IMG/VR virus record: IMGVR_UViG_3300037424_000800
Coordinates: 1-27,159 of that record
DNA from: a virus
Taxonomy: Duplodnaviria > Caudoviricetes
Length of the DNA: 27,159 nt
Direction: 5' to 3' (one strand)
The first letter of the stretch is position 1. Every line of letters begins with the position of its first letter. The notes beneath the pieces are model-generated. The model was not told the DNA's origin. It saw only the letters and a program-made list of their open reading frames with translations, and did not search any database. Shown in pieces: positions 8,765 through 17,674 of this stretch. The position numbers were made by a program, and so were the translations under genes.

Positions 8765-9600
8765 GGGAAGCACATCTCGTCATCGTAAGATATGGGTTCA
8801 TCGTCGAAGCCGGTTGGAACTGGGATCGCCGGTTCTATGAGCGCCTCTTTTGTCAAAGCCCCCACGGTTTCGATGGGTGGACGCTCGGACAGCACGGCAC
8901 CTTCCAGGAAGCGCAAAGCCTGCTGTACGACGCCTCCGGGTTCCAGGTCATACGACTCTGGTAATGCTCCGTTAGATTGGATGGCATGGTGTGGAGTAAC
9001 ATTTGTGAACACGTTCTTGGTGGTGGTAACCACATAGCGTTCCTCGTCGTTCTCGCTCGATAGTACAACCTCGATCACCTTGCCACCGAAAAAGATGGCT
9101 TGCGGGCGTTCAGTTTTTGCGAGATTATAGAATGCACGAACGGAGAGATCACCTTGCCCGGATACCCACCGGTCAACAAGCTCCTTCATGGTTGGCGCTG
9201 GTCTTCCTTCGGCTATTTCCTGCTTGGTAAGGGCGGCGTCGATCTCGGCTCGGTTCAAAACCCAGCGCGCCTCAGTCTTGAATGACTCGCGCGGGCGCCA
9301 CCCCCCGTCATCGCCCGGAGTAGAAAACCAGCGGGATAGTGCCAGCCATTCAGGATCGCTCAGGTCTTTCGTTGAAATCCCGTCAGACTCAAAAGACGCA
9401 GAATCCTCCAGCAAAACCCACGCGATCACCAAATGACGACGGCGGTCTTGCTCGGTGACCGGGGTGTTCCCGTCGTTCATGGCCTTGTTGAACTCGCCTA
9501 TGATGCGTCCCTTTGCCCCAGGTGAAAAGGTCTTGTCAAACGGTTGGGCGCGGTAGTGCTGGCAACCTTTGCGCACGGTTTCAGGGGTCAAGGTTTTCAT
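8761..9600 (-). CDS. hypothetical protein
   Basis: 279 aa, coupled to neighbours, acidic C-terminus. Confidence 0.8.
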   Translation of the reverse strand: MKTLTPETVRKGCQHYRAQPFDKTFSPGAKGRIIGEFNKAMNDGNTPVTEQDRRRHLVIAWVLLEDSASFESDGISTKDLSDPEWLALSRWFSTPGDDGGWRPRESFKTEARWVLNRAEIDAALTKQEIAEGRPAPTMKELVDRWVSGQGDLSVRAFYNLAKTERPQAIFFGGKVIEVVLSSENDEERYVVTTTKNVFTNVTPHHAIQSNGALPESYDLEPGGVVQQALRFLEGAVLSERPPIETVGALTKEALIEPAIPVPTGFDDEPISYDDEMCFP

Positions 9601-9836
9601 ACTATTATCCCCTCTTTAAGCTTGAGTTTAGCATATTGATAGAGTTCTTCTGCTACCCGGAGGTTCCTTTCCATCGTTTCCCACTCGGCGGCTGTGTAGT
9701 CCTTCTTGCTTTCTCGTAGATCAAAGCAGTCCGGTGGCATTGGTTCATATCCCTTATCGACGGCTAAAAGAACACGGGCGAAGTAATCCCAAAGGTCGAT
9801 CAAAGGTAACTTGCGCTTACGGTTGAAGATGCTCAT
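9597..9836 (-). CDS. hypothetical protein
   Basis: 79 aa, coupled on both sides. Confidence 0.7.
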   Translation of the reverse strand: MSIFNRKRKLPLIDLWDYFARVLLAVDKGYEPMPPDCFDLRESKKDYTAAEWETMERNLRVAEELYQYAKLKLKEGIIV

Positions 9837-10696
9837 ATTGGCAACTCCATGTATGCCCTGATAAACTCAGCCGCCAGGGGAGCCACTATCGCGTTCCCGT
9901 AGGCGCGCAGTCGTCCCACTCTGGCGGTAGCCCCATAAGCCAGCGGGAAAAGGCCGGGTTGAGTTGGTCTGGATTTTCCGTCCCGGCAGGGGAGCCATTC
10001 AAGGTCAGACCATACACCGCCTGTTCGTTCAGTGGTCTGCTGTTGCGCTCCATCGTATCCTCGGACGCTCTCCCGTCCCTCCAGTCCCGCGCTGATGGTG
10101 TTCCCCAACCCGTGAGCTTCGTTGCTCCCGACAAGTTCAGCATTTTCTTTTCGTGATCCCCTTTGCTGTACTGGTAATCTCCTCTCGCTGCTTTCGGAGT
10201 GGGCCACGAAGTAAAGTCTTTGCCTGATGTGCGGCGCTTGCGCGCTCGCAGCGCATATATCGACCGCTGCGACGGTGTAACCCGCACCTTCCAGGTCACT
10301 GTAAACAAGATCGAGCCACGCAAGACCATCCTTTGACGCAACTTGTTCACCAAAGACGACTGCAGGCCGGCACTCTCTGATGAGCCTGAACCATTCAGGC
10401 CAGAGATGCCGAGGGTCAGCTGTACCGCCGCGCTTTCCTGCGGCTGAGAAGGGCTGGCATGGGCAACTTCCCGTCCATACTTCCCGTTCTTCGGGCCAGC
10501 CAGCGAGACGGAGTGCATAACTCCAGACCCCGATGCCTGCGAAGAAGTGAGCTTGTTTGTGTCCTGTGAGATCATGCGGTTGTACCTCTCTGATGTCGCG
10601 CTGGTCAACGTAGCCGGGTGCGATGTGCCCTGCGTCAATGAGGTTGCGTAGCCACTGCGCGGGGTAAGCTTCGATTTCGTTGTAGTAGTTGATCAT
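9833..10696 (-). CDS. DNA (cytosine-5)-methyltransferase, main (alpha-like) polypeptide
   Basis: FFAGIG (motif I), GSCPCQPFS (IV), GEQV (VI), [11 protein letters not shown] (VIII), [10 protein letters not shown] (X). Confidence 0.9.
   Translation of the reverse strand: MINYYNEIEAYPAQWLRNLIDAGHIAPGYVDQRDIREVQPHDLTGHKQAHFFAGIGVWSYALRLAGWPEEREVWTGSCPCQPFSAAGKRGGTADPRHLWPEWFRLIRECRPAVVFGEQVASKDGLAWLDLVYSDLEGAGYTVAAVDICAASAQAPHIRQRLYFVAHSESSERRLPVQQRGSRKENAELVGSNEAHGLGNTISAGLEGRESVRGYDGAQQQTTERTGGVWSDLEWLPCRDGKSRPTQPGLFPLAYGATARVGRLRAYGNAIVAPLAAEFIRAYMELPI
9886..10638 (-). CDS. overlapping alternative-frame C5-MTase beta-like polypeptide (start uncertain)
   Basis: 250-codon open frame nested in the MTase, with WPTP/WGTP repeats and [16 protein letters not shown] (motif IX-like). 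Confidence 0.65.
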   Translation of the reverse strand: MTQGTSHPATLTSATSERYNRMISQDTNKLTSSQASGSGVMHSVSLAGPKNGKYGREVAHASPSQPQESAAVQLTLGISGLNGSGSSESAGLQSSLVNKLRQRMVLRGSILFTVTWKVRVTPSQRSIYALRARKRRTSGKDFTSWPTPKAARGDYQYSKGDHEKKMLNLSGATKLTGWGTPSARDWRDGRASEDTMERNSRPLNEQAVYGLTLNGSPAGTENPDQLNPAFSRWLMGLPPEWDDCAPTGTR

Positions 10697-10938
10697 ATCG
10701 GTAACCTCCCCTGGCGCTCATGTACGCGGATGGCATCACCGATCTCAACGACCGTATCGGCATACAGCTTCGCTTTACGAATGCGCCAGTATTTCGGCTC
10801 GGCGTCAGCTACGAACTCTCGGTTCTCGTAGGGAACCCGCTTGATCCTGGCGATGTCAGCGCGGAACTCTTCGTCCTTGCCGGTCACGGTGCATAGGGCT
10901 GTGTACCCGTCGCCCTCAATGATCTTTACGTCTATCAT
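10693..10938 (-). CDS. small hypothetical protein, possible HARP-like domain
   Basis: 81 aa, RBS AAGGAG; weak resemblance to the second SNF2 N-terminal repeat. Confidence 0.7.
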   Translation of the reverse strand: MIDVKIIEGDGYTALCTVTGKDEEFRADIARIKRVPYENREFVADAEPKYWRIRKAKLYADTVVEIGDAIRVHERQGRLPI

Positions 10939-11135
10939 TCTGGTTCGCTCCTTTTGGTTTTAGTGTGGTAAACGCCGCATTCCACGCAGCGGGAGTATAC
11001 GGTTAAAGCGTCCACGGCGGCCAGGGTGTGGTCAGTCTCTTTTCCACAGCCCATGCAGAACTGCTTCTCGGTCTTGATTATGCACGCGTAGGCGGCGCGC
11101 ACCATCTCAACGAACTGAATAACCTCGGCGCTCAT
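10935..11135 (-). CDS. small Zn-ribbon protein
   Basis: CMGC...CVEC; start placed at the ATGA overlap with the dnaB stop. Confidence 0.65.
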   Translation of the reverse strand: MSAEVIQFVEMVRAAYACIIKTEKQFCMGCGKETDHTLAAVDALTVYSRCVECGVYHTKTKRSEPE

Positions 11136-12496
11136 GCTTCCCACCACTCCTCAGTGACGCGCCCGTTATCCCTGGTCGCAATGTGTCCCACTGTGACAGT
11201 GTCAAACCGGGGGATACTATCATGCACGTAGAAATCGATGCTGGCTAGCCCGCGACCGCCTTCTCTGAATTTTACAAATGCCAGCCGCGCCAGGCTTGGG
11301 GCTTCGGGGATCTTCACTAGAAACGCTATCAGGTCCCCGTCGTGTACCTGCTGCCCGCTGCCACGCATGAGGCTCATGCCTGCCTTCCCAGTGTCCATGC
11401 CCTCTTTGACCACGCTGTTCACCGTGATCATGGCGACCTTAAATTCCTTCGCCACCGTGCGAACCTCCCTGGACAGGATCGCCGATTTCTCGGTTTCGTC
11501 CTTCGCCTTGACTCCCTCCATTAGCAAAAGATAATCCAGCACCACCCATTCGATGTCATACTCAGCCTTTAACCGGGCAACCTTCGCTCGAAACAAGCCC
11601 GGCGTCAAGCGCGCCGTATCGTCCAACCAGACGGGCAGACTGTCGCCGAGCGAAACCCCGTTTACGAGCTTGTGCCAGTCATCACCCTCTAACCTTCCAG
11701 TCTTTAGTCGCCGGGTTTCTATGTTTGACAGAACGGATAGGTCACGGAAACCCATCTGCATCTTCTGCATCTCCGGTGAGAAGATCGCGCCGGCATGGTT
11801 ACCCTGTTCCGGCATAGCCATTTGTAACCCTATCTGATGGGCGAGTTTGCTTTTCCCTATCCCGGGTTGACCAGCGAGGTAAAACGACTCGCCTGGCTGC
11901 AGACCACCGGTATAGTTGTCCAGGTCGATGAACCCGGTCGGGATGCCCCAAACGTCAGTCGGGTTCTTTGACCGTTCCACGACCTCGTCATAGGTGCTGC
12001 TCAATACATCGCCCAACCTGGACGTGCTACCGTCATTGTTAGAGAACGACCCGGATATTTCACGGGTGATGCGCATGCTTGATTCTGTGATCGGCTCAGA
12101 TGCATAGGCAGCTTTTGCCAGCTCATTCGCCTGGCGCAGGATGTCGCGGCGCTGTGCCTTATCGCGCACAATGGCGGCATAATGCTCGATCCCCTGGGAG
12201 TTCGGTACGGCGCTGACCAGCGACGTGATGAATGCTGGTCCGCCGATCTCGGAAAGTTGCCCTGCGCGCTCTAGCTCGTCTATCAGGGTCACGTAGTCCG
12301 GTATGACCTTGCGCGTCCGCAGGGCGGAAAGGGCTTGCCACACCCACCGGTAGCGGTGAACGTAGAACTCCTCCGGGGTCAAGTCGATCAGATCGATCCC
12401 GGCAGGGTCAATGATCGCTGCGCCTAAAACTGCTTCTTCGGCGTCTTTGCTAAAAAGTATCCTGGTTTCGCCTTCGCCTTCGTCTTCCTGGCTCAT
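11132..12496 (-). CDS. dnaB: DnaB-like replicative helicase
   Basis: AEEAVLGA N-domain, GIPTGFIDLD, GQPGIGKS Walker A, VVLDYL, RGSGQQVHDGD. Confidence 0.92.
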   Translation of the reverse strand: MSQEDEGEGETRILFSKDAEEAVLGAAIIDPAGIDLIDLTPEEFYVHRYRWVWQALSALRTRKVIPDYVTLIDELERAGQLSEIGGPAFITSLVSAVPNSQGIEHYAAIVRDKAQRRDILRQANELAKAAYASEPITESSMRITREISGSFSNNDGSTSRLGDVLSSTYDEVVERSKNPTDVWGIPTGFIDLDNYTGGLQPGESFYLAGQPGIGKSKLAHQIGLQMAMPEQGNHAGAIFSPEMQKMQMGFRDLSVLSNIETRRLKTGRLEGDDWHKLVNGVSLGDSLPVWLDDTARLTPGLFRAKVARLKAEYDIEWVVLDYLLLMEGVKAKDETEKSAILSREVRTVAKEFKVAMITVNSVVKEGMDTGKAGMSLMRGSGQQVHDGDLIAFLVKIPEAPSLARLAFVKFREGGRGLASIDFYVHDSIPRFDTVTVGHIATRDNGRVTEEWWEA

Positions 12497-12524
12497 GGGT
12501 CATCCTTTCATTTATCTGGTAGTG

Positions 12525-13418
12525 CTATTTTACTATGGTTTCTGCGTGAAACACGGGCGGTAGTGCGGCTACGACTGCCTCGGGTGAGCGCACCCTGTCA
12601 TTCTCGCTGAACCCACCCCGCTTGAACACGTCTAGCATCCCCTGAACGTTAGACGGGTTATACCCGCGCCCTAACCATTCATGCACCACCGCGCGCCACT
12701 GGTCAACCTTGTGGCGAACTTCGCCAACCGCAGCGACGACCTCCGGACGCCACGCGATGGGCATGTGATAGCGGGTTTCTGACCGGAACGCTTTGACCGC
12801 CGGGTGGCTCAGCAGCGGGTCGCGCTTTTTCCCTTTAGTGTTGAGCGGGACAATAACCTTGACCCCTTGCCCTTGATCGCCCTCCTTCCCTAACGCATCA
12901 AAGAAATCCTGTTCGGTTTGTTCAGTAGAGGGGGCGGGATGTTCATCCCGCGAACTCATGTTTTTATTTATATTCATGTATGATGATTTGGGTGACATTT
13001 TTGCACGTTTCTTGCTTAAAATGTCACCCCCTCCCTCGCTTTCTTTGCTTAAAATGTCACCCCCACCCATGGGGGGTGACATTTTGTCACCCCCCATAAT
13101 AACGGGCGATGATGTATTTACATCAATTGTTTTGGGTTGGAATTTTGGTTTCACTGGGATCTGGTTCACGTTGATTTTATAAACGTTTGTTCCCCACTGG
13201 CTAAAACCCTGATGTACCATGATTTGTTTCTGAACCAGGGAGGCAGTGATACGTTGCACCTGGCGTTCTTCATAGTCTGTTTTCCATGCCACGTAACCAA
13301 TGGACGGGTAAACTCCCTCACCGTCATCATTGGCGTGGTCGGCATACGCAAGTAGGACGTACTTCTCTGGTCTTGGCAGCGCCGATTTCCATACCCTTGA
13401 CATCAATTCAACGCTCAT
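12525..13418 (-). CDS. phage replication initiator (N-terminal winged HTH)
   Basis: MSVELMSRVW...KYVLLAYADHANDDG..YPSI...ERQVQR pattern; lies upstream of dnaB; contains iterons; AAGGAG 8 nt before ATG 13418. Confidence 0.85.
   Translation of the reverse strand: MSVELMSRVWKSALPRPEKYVLLAYADHANDDGEGVYPSIGYVAWKTDYEERQVQRITASLVQKQIMVHQGFSQWGTNVYKINVNQIPVKPKFQPKTIDVNTSSPVIMGGDKMSPPMGGGDILSKESEGGGDILSKKRAKMSPKSSYMNINKNMSSRDEHPAPSTEQTEQDFFDALGKEGDQGQGVKVIVPLNTKGKKRDPLLSHPAVKAFRSETRYHMPIAWRPEVVAAVGEVRHKVDQWRAVVHEWLGRGYNPSNVQGMLDVFKRGGFSENDRVRSPEAVVAALPPVFHAETIVK
12961..13097. repeat. putative replication origin (iterons plus AT-rich tract)
   Basis: Five TGTCACCC-core copies in both orientations, including a 20-bp direct repeat TTGCTTAAAATGTCACCCCC (13012-13031, 13045-13064) and a palindrome (13069-13097); AT-rich tract at 12961-12990. 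Confidence 0.85.
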
Positions 13419-13441
13419 TTGGCTCACTCCTTATCGTTAAA

Positions 13442-13552
13442 AAATCCAGACCTTATTCCTGGCGGCAACGGCGCTCACGGCAGCAACGGCGGTTCTGCGC
13501 TTGGCGGGCGCGTACCGGTGCGCCGTGGCAACCAGGGGTAAAATCTGGATTT
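13442..13552 (-). ncRNA. structured 5' leader of the initiator gene (candidate)
   Basis: Long imperfect stem AAATCCAGATTTTA/TAAGGTCTGGATTT continuing CCTGG/CCAGG and ACGGCGC/GCGCCGT, ending just before the RBS. Confidence 0.55.
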
Positions 13553-13620
13553 CGCCGTTGACTTTTATTCCGCCCGTAGCGCCGGAGTTGCCAGCCCCGG
13601 CGGGCTTTGTTGTTACCGGT

Positions 13621-13629
13621 ATTGTACCA
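13621..13629 (-). promoter_or_regulatory. extended -10 promoter for the replication operon
   Basis: TGgTACAAT about 200 nt upstream of the initiator start. Confidence 0.5.
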
Positions 13630-13637
13630 CGGGTTCA

Positions 13638-14063
13638 TCACCGCGCGGCGCGGATCGTAACGAACGGTGCGCCGGTCTTTTTGAGGGTCAGCAGCTTGTC
13701 CTTCAATCCGGCTGGCAGGGCGGCGGCGAATCCCTCAAGCTGCGCTGTGTCCCAGGTGGTCTTACCGCCGTTAAATACGGCGATCATCCATTCACCTTTG
13801 ACGGTAGATCCCTGTTCAAGGACGGCGTTCTTCACGCTGGTTTCCATAGCTGCAAGGTGGGCGCTGGCGGCGTCGATTTTGGGGTCAAACTCTGCCCGGA
13901 TACCGTCCATAACGGCGCGCACATCCTGGGGGATCGCCTGGGTCAAAAGACTTTCCCGGTTGGTGATCAGGTTGTTTAGCTGATCACGCAGGATGGCGAT
14001 GTCATCCAGCATGGCAGCTGGACTTGGTTTGGTCTTTGGTAAGTCTTCGTTGTGGTAGATCAT
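13638..14063 (-). CDS. hypothetical protein with helical N-half (Gam/Gp157-like layout, tentative)
   Basis: 141 aa, AAAGGAG RBS. Confidence 0.7.
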   Translation of the reverse strand: MIYHNEDLPKTKPSPAAMLDDIAILRDQLNNLITNRESLLTQAIPQDVRAVMDGIRAEFDPKIDAASAHLAAMETSVKNAVLEQGSTVKGEWMIAVFNGGKTTWDTAQLEGFAAALPAGLKDKLLTLKKTGAPFVTIRAAR

Positions 14064-14075
14064 TCGGTTCTCCTT

Positions 14076-14336
14076 TCAGTCATAATCTTGCGTGGTTGGA
14101 CCGCTGAGCGGCATAGGGGCGCTTACGGTTTCATAGTCAATATCATCACGCCAGTAAAACGCGTCTGGCGCATTATCCGGGGCGACCACGATGTTTTCGA
14201 CTCTACTGCTGGTGCGTTCTCGTAGGTGGTTCATGGCTCCCGCGATCTCCCTGGCATAAGCCTCGCTGGTTGCCTGAGCGATCAGGCAATAGTTGGCAGT
14301 GTCTCGATCATAAGCGTATATTTTGGTCTTGTTCAT
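14076..14336 (-). CDS. hypothetical protein
   Basis: 86 aa, GAGGA RBS, ATGA-coupled. Confidence 0.7.
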   Translation of the reverse strand: MNKTKIYAYDRDTANYCLIAQATSEAYAREIAGAMNHLRERTSSRVENIVVAPDNAPDAFYWRDDIDYETVSAPMPLSGPTTQDYD

Positions 14337-14800
14337 GGGTGTTTCCTCACTAGTTTTACGTAGACTGGGTAACCCAGGCGGTCAACGCTGAACCGGACGC
14401 TGTATGGGTCGGCGGCTCGTAGTGCCTTGATTACCCCAAAGACTGTCTGGAAGGGCAGGTCGGTGCCGAAAGCCAGGTTGGTGAAGCTGGCGTACATCTC
14501 ATATCCACTCAGCTTGCAGATGCGGGTGAGCTCAGTTTTGACTTTTTCAACGGTTGCCGGGTCGGTCACCGGTTCAATACCGATCTCGCTATAAGATGCT
14601 TTCGGTAGCCCTGCGCCGGGCAAGCCTAGTTTTATTGCTTCGGCGACGCCGAGGGGGTTGGTCCCTGCGATGCTAAACTGGACGCCGAATGTCTCGCGCA
14701 TAATCGCCGCTCGTTCCCGGTTACGCTGGTGCACTTCCTGAACCGAACCGCGCCGCAACTCGTTTTTCATCTTGGGGGCTTTCATAATCTGGTTGGTCAT
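14333..14800 (-). CDS. hypothetical protein
   Basis: Start moved to ATG 14800 (GAAAGGAATAGACCAATG), downstream of P3. Confidence 0.75.
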   Translation of the reverse strand: MTNQIMKAPKMKNELRRGSVQEVHQRNRERAAIMRETFGVQFSIAGTNPLGVAEAIKLGLPGAGLPKASYSEIGIEPVTDPATVEKVKTELTRICKLSGYEMYASFTNLAFGTDLPFQTVFGVIKALRAADPYSVRFSVDRLGYPVYVKLVRKHP

Positions 14801-14822
14801 TGGTCTATTCCTTTCTACTCTA

Positions 14823-14861
14823 ATAATAATTGATTTCTCCTTGTTTGTCAATAGGCAATTT
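14823..14861 (-). promoter_or_regulatory. shared-box sigma70 promoter P3
   Basis: AAATTGCCTA-TTGACA-17 bp-TATTAT. Confidence 0.9.
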
Positions 14862-15321
14862 ATTTCCTTCCACTACAAACCGGACAGTCGTTATCCAGGG
14901 CATTCGCCAGGGTGCCAAGTTTAGTAAGAACCCCGTCCACGATCATGCAGACCCCGCACAGGTTTTCCAGGTCTTCCTGGGGCACGTCGAACCGGGTTTC
15001 CACTTGCGCTCCGATCCGTACTTCGATGATCCTGTGCCCGGTCTTTGGGTCATCCCAATAGTGGACCCGCTTGGCGGCTCTCAATACCTGAGCGTTTTTG
15101 CGCAGCTCATCAATGCGCTCAATTATCCGTCCGTACCGGATGGTTACATTGGGCGACATCTTGGTCGTGTCGCCTTCATGATAACTTAGCAGGGCATTAC
15201 GCTCGTTTGTCAGGGCGATCAGTTCTCCGGCCAGCGACGCCAGTTGCAGCATATCATAGGCGAACGGGTACTTGCGCCTGAACCGTTCCCAGGTGTCATT
15301 ATCGATATAAGATAGGTTCAT
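14860..15321 (-). CDS. hypothetical protein
   Basis: 153 aa, GGAGG RBS; stop overlaps the P3 box. Confidence 0.75.
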   Translation of the reverse strand: MNLSYIDNDTWERFRRKYPFAYDMLQLASLAGELIALTNERNALLSYHEGDTTKMSPNVTIRYGRIIERIDELRKNAQVLRAAKRVHYWDDPKTGHRIIEVRIGAQVETRFDVPQEDLENLCGVCMIVDGVLTKLGTLANALDNDCPVCSGRK

Positions 15322-15574
15322 GGTTGGTTTCCTCCAGGATCACATCAACCGGTTTGTCCGGGTCAAGGTAACGGGTTTCGACGGTCAGGTTGTCAAATAG
15401 GTGTTCGCCGACGGTTTCGCCGGGTATGATGCGTCCAAACCGGACAGACCCGCCGGTGCGCGAGTAACCCATGCATTCCCATAGTTCGCCCTTTCCCAGG
15501 CGGACTGGCAGGTTATAGTATTCCGGGTATGCCGCCACATTGTGGGCGGTGATGGTTATCTTTCTCATGGTCAT
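15299..15574 (-). CDS. hypothetical protein
   Basis: 91 aa, operon packing. Confidence 0.7.
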   Translation of the reverse strand: MTMRKITITAHNVAAYPEYYNLPVRLGKGELWECMGYSRTGGSVRFGRIIPGETVGEHLFDNLTVETRYLDPDKPVDVILEETNHEPILYR

Positions 15575-15577
15575 TTC

Positions 15578-16018
15578 CTATCCCAGGTAACCCAGGGCTC
15601 GACCCCAACGGATCGTGCCGTAGTGCTGGTTGAGGGGAACGGTCTTGATGACCTTGTCGGTGAGGGCGTCCAGTTCCTTCGCCATGGCGCGGCGGGCATC
15701 GAAGTCATGTTCGCCGTCGGGCTGTACCGGCAGGTCCCATTCAGCGGTGACCGGCATGCAGTGATGCTGCCCGATTGGACTGATGGCGAAAGCGACCATG
15801 CGCCAAAGGTAAGCCGCTTTGCCGCTTACCGGTTCGGGGGCGATCATTTCGATTTCGCCGTTGTAGCTGCGGTACGGGTGATCCCGGGCGACCCTCGGCT
15901 TGCTGGCTCGCAGGCAACCGGTTTTCGGGTTGATGATCCGCTTGACCAGTTCCAACTCGTCGTCGGTCAGGTCGATCAGGGCTTCCAGGTCGATCTTGGG
16001 CATTTCACTGCAGTACAT
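15578..16018 (-). CDS. hypothetical protein
   Basis: 146 aa, GAAAGGAACTAGACCATG. Confidence 0.8.
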   Translation of the reverse strand: MYCSEMPKIDLEALIDLTDDELELVKRIINPKTGCLRASKPRVARDHPYRSYNGEIEMIAPEPVSGKAAYLWRMVAFAISPIGQHHCMPVTAEWDLPVQPDGEHDFDARRAMAKELDALTDKVIKTVPLNQHYGTIRWGRALGYLG

Positions 16019-16072
16019 GGTCTAGTTCCTTTCTGCCGGGGTTATTGCCAGCCCCGGCGCTAGTGGTGGGTT

Positions 16073-16483
16073 TTACCGGTTGTTCTCTGCCAGGCTAACG
16101 GCGGCATTCATAATTTTGGCGAATAAGCTGGCGGTTTCAGGAGTCTGGCTGCCCAGGGCTGCCCAGTTGATCTCGGGTTCAGGTTCTTTGCCGAACTTCT
16201 CATAGTAGTACACGGTGATCCAGGCGTCGAAGTATTTGCCTTCGTTTTTGTAGTCGCGCATTATTCCGAACTCGACGCTGCCTTCGCCGCTTCCATCGTT
16301 TCGCAGGTTAGGGCGAACTGAGAAACCAAGCGCCTCTTCCAGGGGCTTGACCTCTTCGGTCATCAGTTTGTCTACCAGGGCTAAGTACTCGTCCGTGGTG
16401 CGGCTGGTGGCAAAGATTATGTTGATCTCGTTTTTGATTTTGAGCAGGGCGTTCAGGGTGGGGTCATTCGTTTGGAGTTTCAT
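16073..16483 (-). CDS. hypothetical protein
   Basis: 136 aa, GAAAGGAAACGACCATG, downstream of P4. Confidence 0.8.
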   Translation of the reverse strand: MKLQTNDPTLNALLKIKNEINIIFATSRTTDEYLALVDKLMTEEVKPLEEALGFSVRPNLRNDGSGEGSVEFGIMRDYKNEGKYFDAWITVYYYEKFGKEPEPEINWAALGSQTPETASLFAKIMNAAVSLAENNR

Positions 16484-16528
16484 GGTCGTTTCCTTTCGTT
16501 GTCTAAGTCAGTTTTTTCTTACGTCTTA

Positions 16529-16567
16529 ATAGTAAACGATAACCGCCTATTTGTCAATAGGCAATTT
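16529..16567 (-). promoter_or_regulatory. shared-box sigma70 promoter P4
   Basis: AAATTGCCTA-TTGACA-17 bp-TACTAT. Confidence 0.9.
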
Positions 16568-16983
16568 TAGAAAAGCATGAGCTGTTCAGGTTGAACGCCG
16601 AACGCGCCGGTGTAGGCTGCGTGGATTTCCTCGTCAGTAGGTTCTGCCCATTCCCATTCAGGATGCTGCGTCCACCACCACTCGAAGAACTCGGACGCCT
16701 TGATCTGGATGTCGAATTCCAGGGCGGGGTCGTTGATGACGGTGCGCTCGATCCTGTCTACCAGAGCGGTTGAAAACAGGCTGGCGCAGCCGGGCAGGAC
16801 GGCTTTGGCGATCTCGTAGGCTCGGTACAACCATGGCAGTTGCACGTCGAATGCCCACCATAGGTCACGCGTGCGCCAGAACTCGTCCTTGATCGCGTTG
16901 AGCGCCAGGTTTTGTTTAGGCTTGAGCGGGCCGCGCTGCTTGATCACGTAAAGCAGCGCGGCTTCGGCAGTATGGTCGGTCAT
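16567..16983 (-). CDS. hypothetical protein ending in QLMLF
   Basis: Start placed at the ATGA overlap (16983); stop overlaps the P4 box. Confidence 0.75.
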   Translation of the reverse strand: MTDHTAEAALLYVIKQRGPLKPKQNLALNAIKDEFWRTRDLWWAFDVQLPWLYRAYEIAKAVLPGCASLFSTALVDRIERTVINDPALEFDIQIKASEFFEWWWTQHPEWEWAEPTDEEIHAAYTGAFGVQPEQLMLF

Positions 16984-17390
16984 GCCAGGATGATCCAATA
17001 GACGGCTTTGCGGGGGAAGCGATTTATCCTGCACAGCGGGAAGTCATCGTCCACGTATGGGCGGTAGTCATCCGGGTCGATCCCGTGGTGCCAGTCGCAG
17101 AACGGGCACGGTTCCCGGTTTTCCAGCCACATATTGAACCGGTCAACGTTGTAGTCCAATTGTTCGCCACAGCGAGGGCAGCAGCCCCGCTCGGTGCAGG
17201 TGCAGGGTTCCGGATCGCTTGGCAGGGTCACCCAGGTGCTTCCGTAGTCAACCCGGTCGCCGCCGGTTTCGATCTCGCCGCGGGCGCCGCAATCCGGGCA
17301 GTGGTTGGGCCAGCGTGCAACCCAGACGTCGTACTGTTCTTGTTGGAGGGCGGCGCGTTGCTGCGCCGCCTCGATGGGATTGTAGGTCAT
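16980..17390 (-). CDS. Cys-rich Zn-finger protein
   Basis: CPDC, CTC, CPRC, CPFC motifs. Confidence 0.7.
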   Translation of the reverse strand: MTYNPIEAAQQRAALQQEQYDVWVARWPNHCPDCGARGEIETGGDRVDYGSTWVTLPSDPEPCTCTERGCCPRCGEQLDYNVDRFNMWLENREPCPFCDWHHGIDPDDYRPYVDDDFPLCRINRFPRKAVYWIILA

Positions 17391-17611
17391 GGTTGCACTC
17401 GACGTTTCAGGCTGGCGCTGAACAGCCGGTTCATGCGGATCAATCGGCGGGCCGCGCGGGGATCGTTCTTTCCGTTGAACATGGCTTGGTATTCATGCAG
17501 CTCGCCAGCTTTGTTAGTTATGCTCGCGCTGCGGAACACAGCGCAGGTGACCCACGTCCGGTTAGGCAGGGTTCCCTGGTTCAAATGGACGGCTTCGATT
17601 CTAAGGTTCAT
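17387..17611 (-). CDS. hypothetical protein
   Basis: 74 aa, GAAAGGAAACAAGACCATG. Confidence 0.75.
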   Translation of the reverse strand: MNLRIEAVHLNQGTLPNRTWVTCAVFRSASITNKAGELHEYQAMFNGKNDPRAARRLIRMNRLFSASLKRRVQP

Positions 17612-17674
17612 GGTCTTGTTTCCTTTCGTAGGGGTCTGGTGGGGCGGCTTGCGCCGCCCCGGTTTCAGGGGTTC

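Noticed and set aside
13453-13641. 62-aa Arg-rich ORF
   Set aside because: No RBS, it starts upstream of the predicted -10, and it coincides with extensive RNA stems
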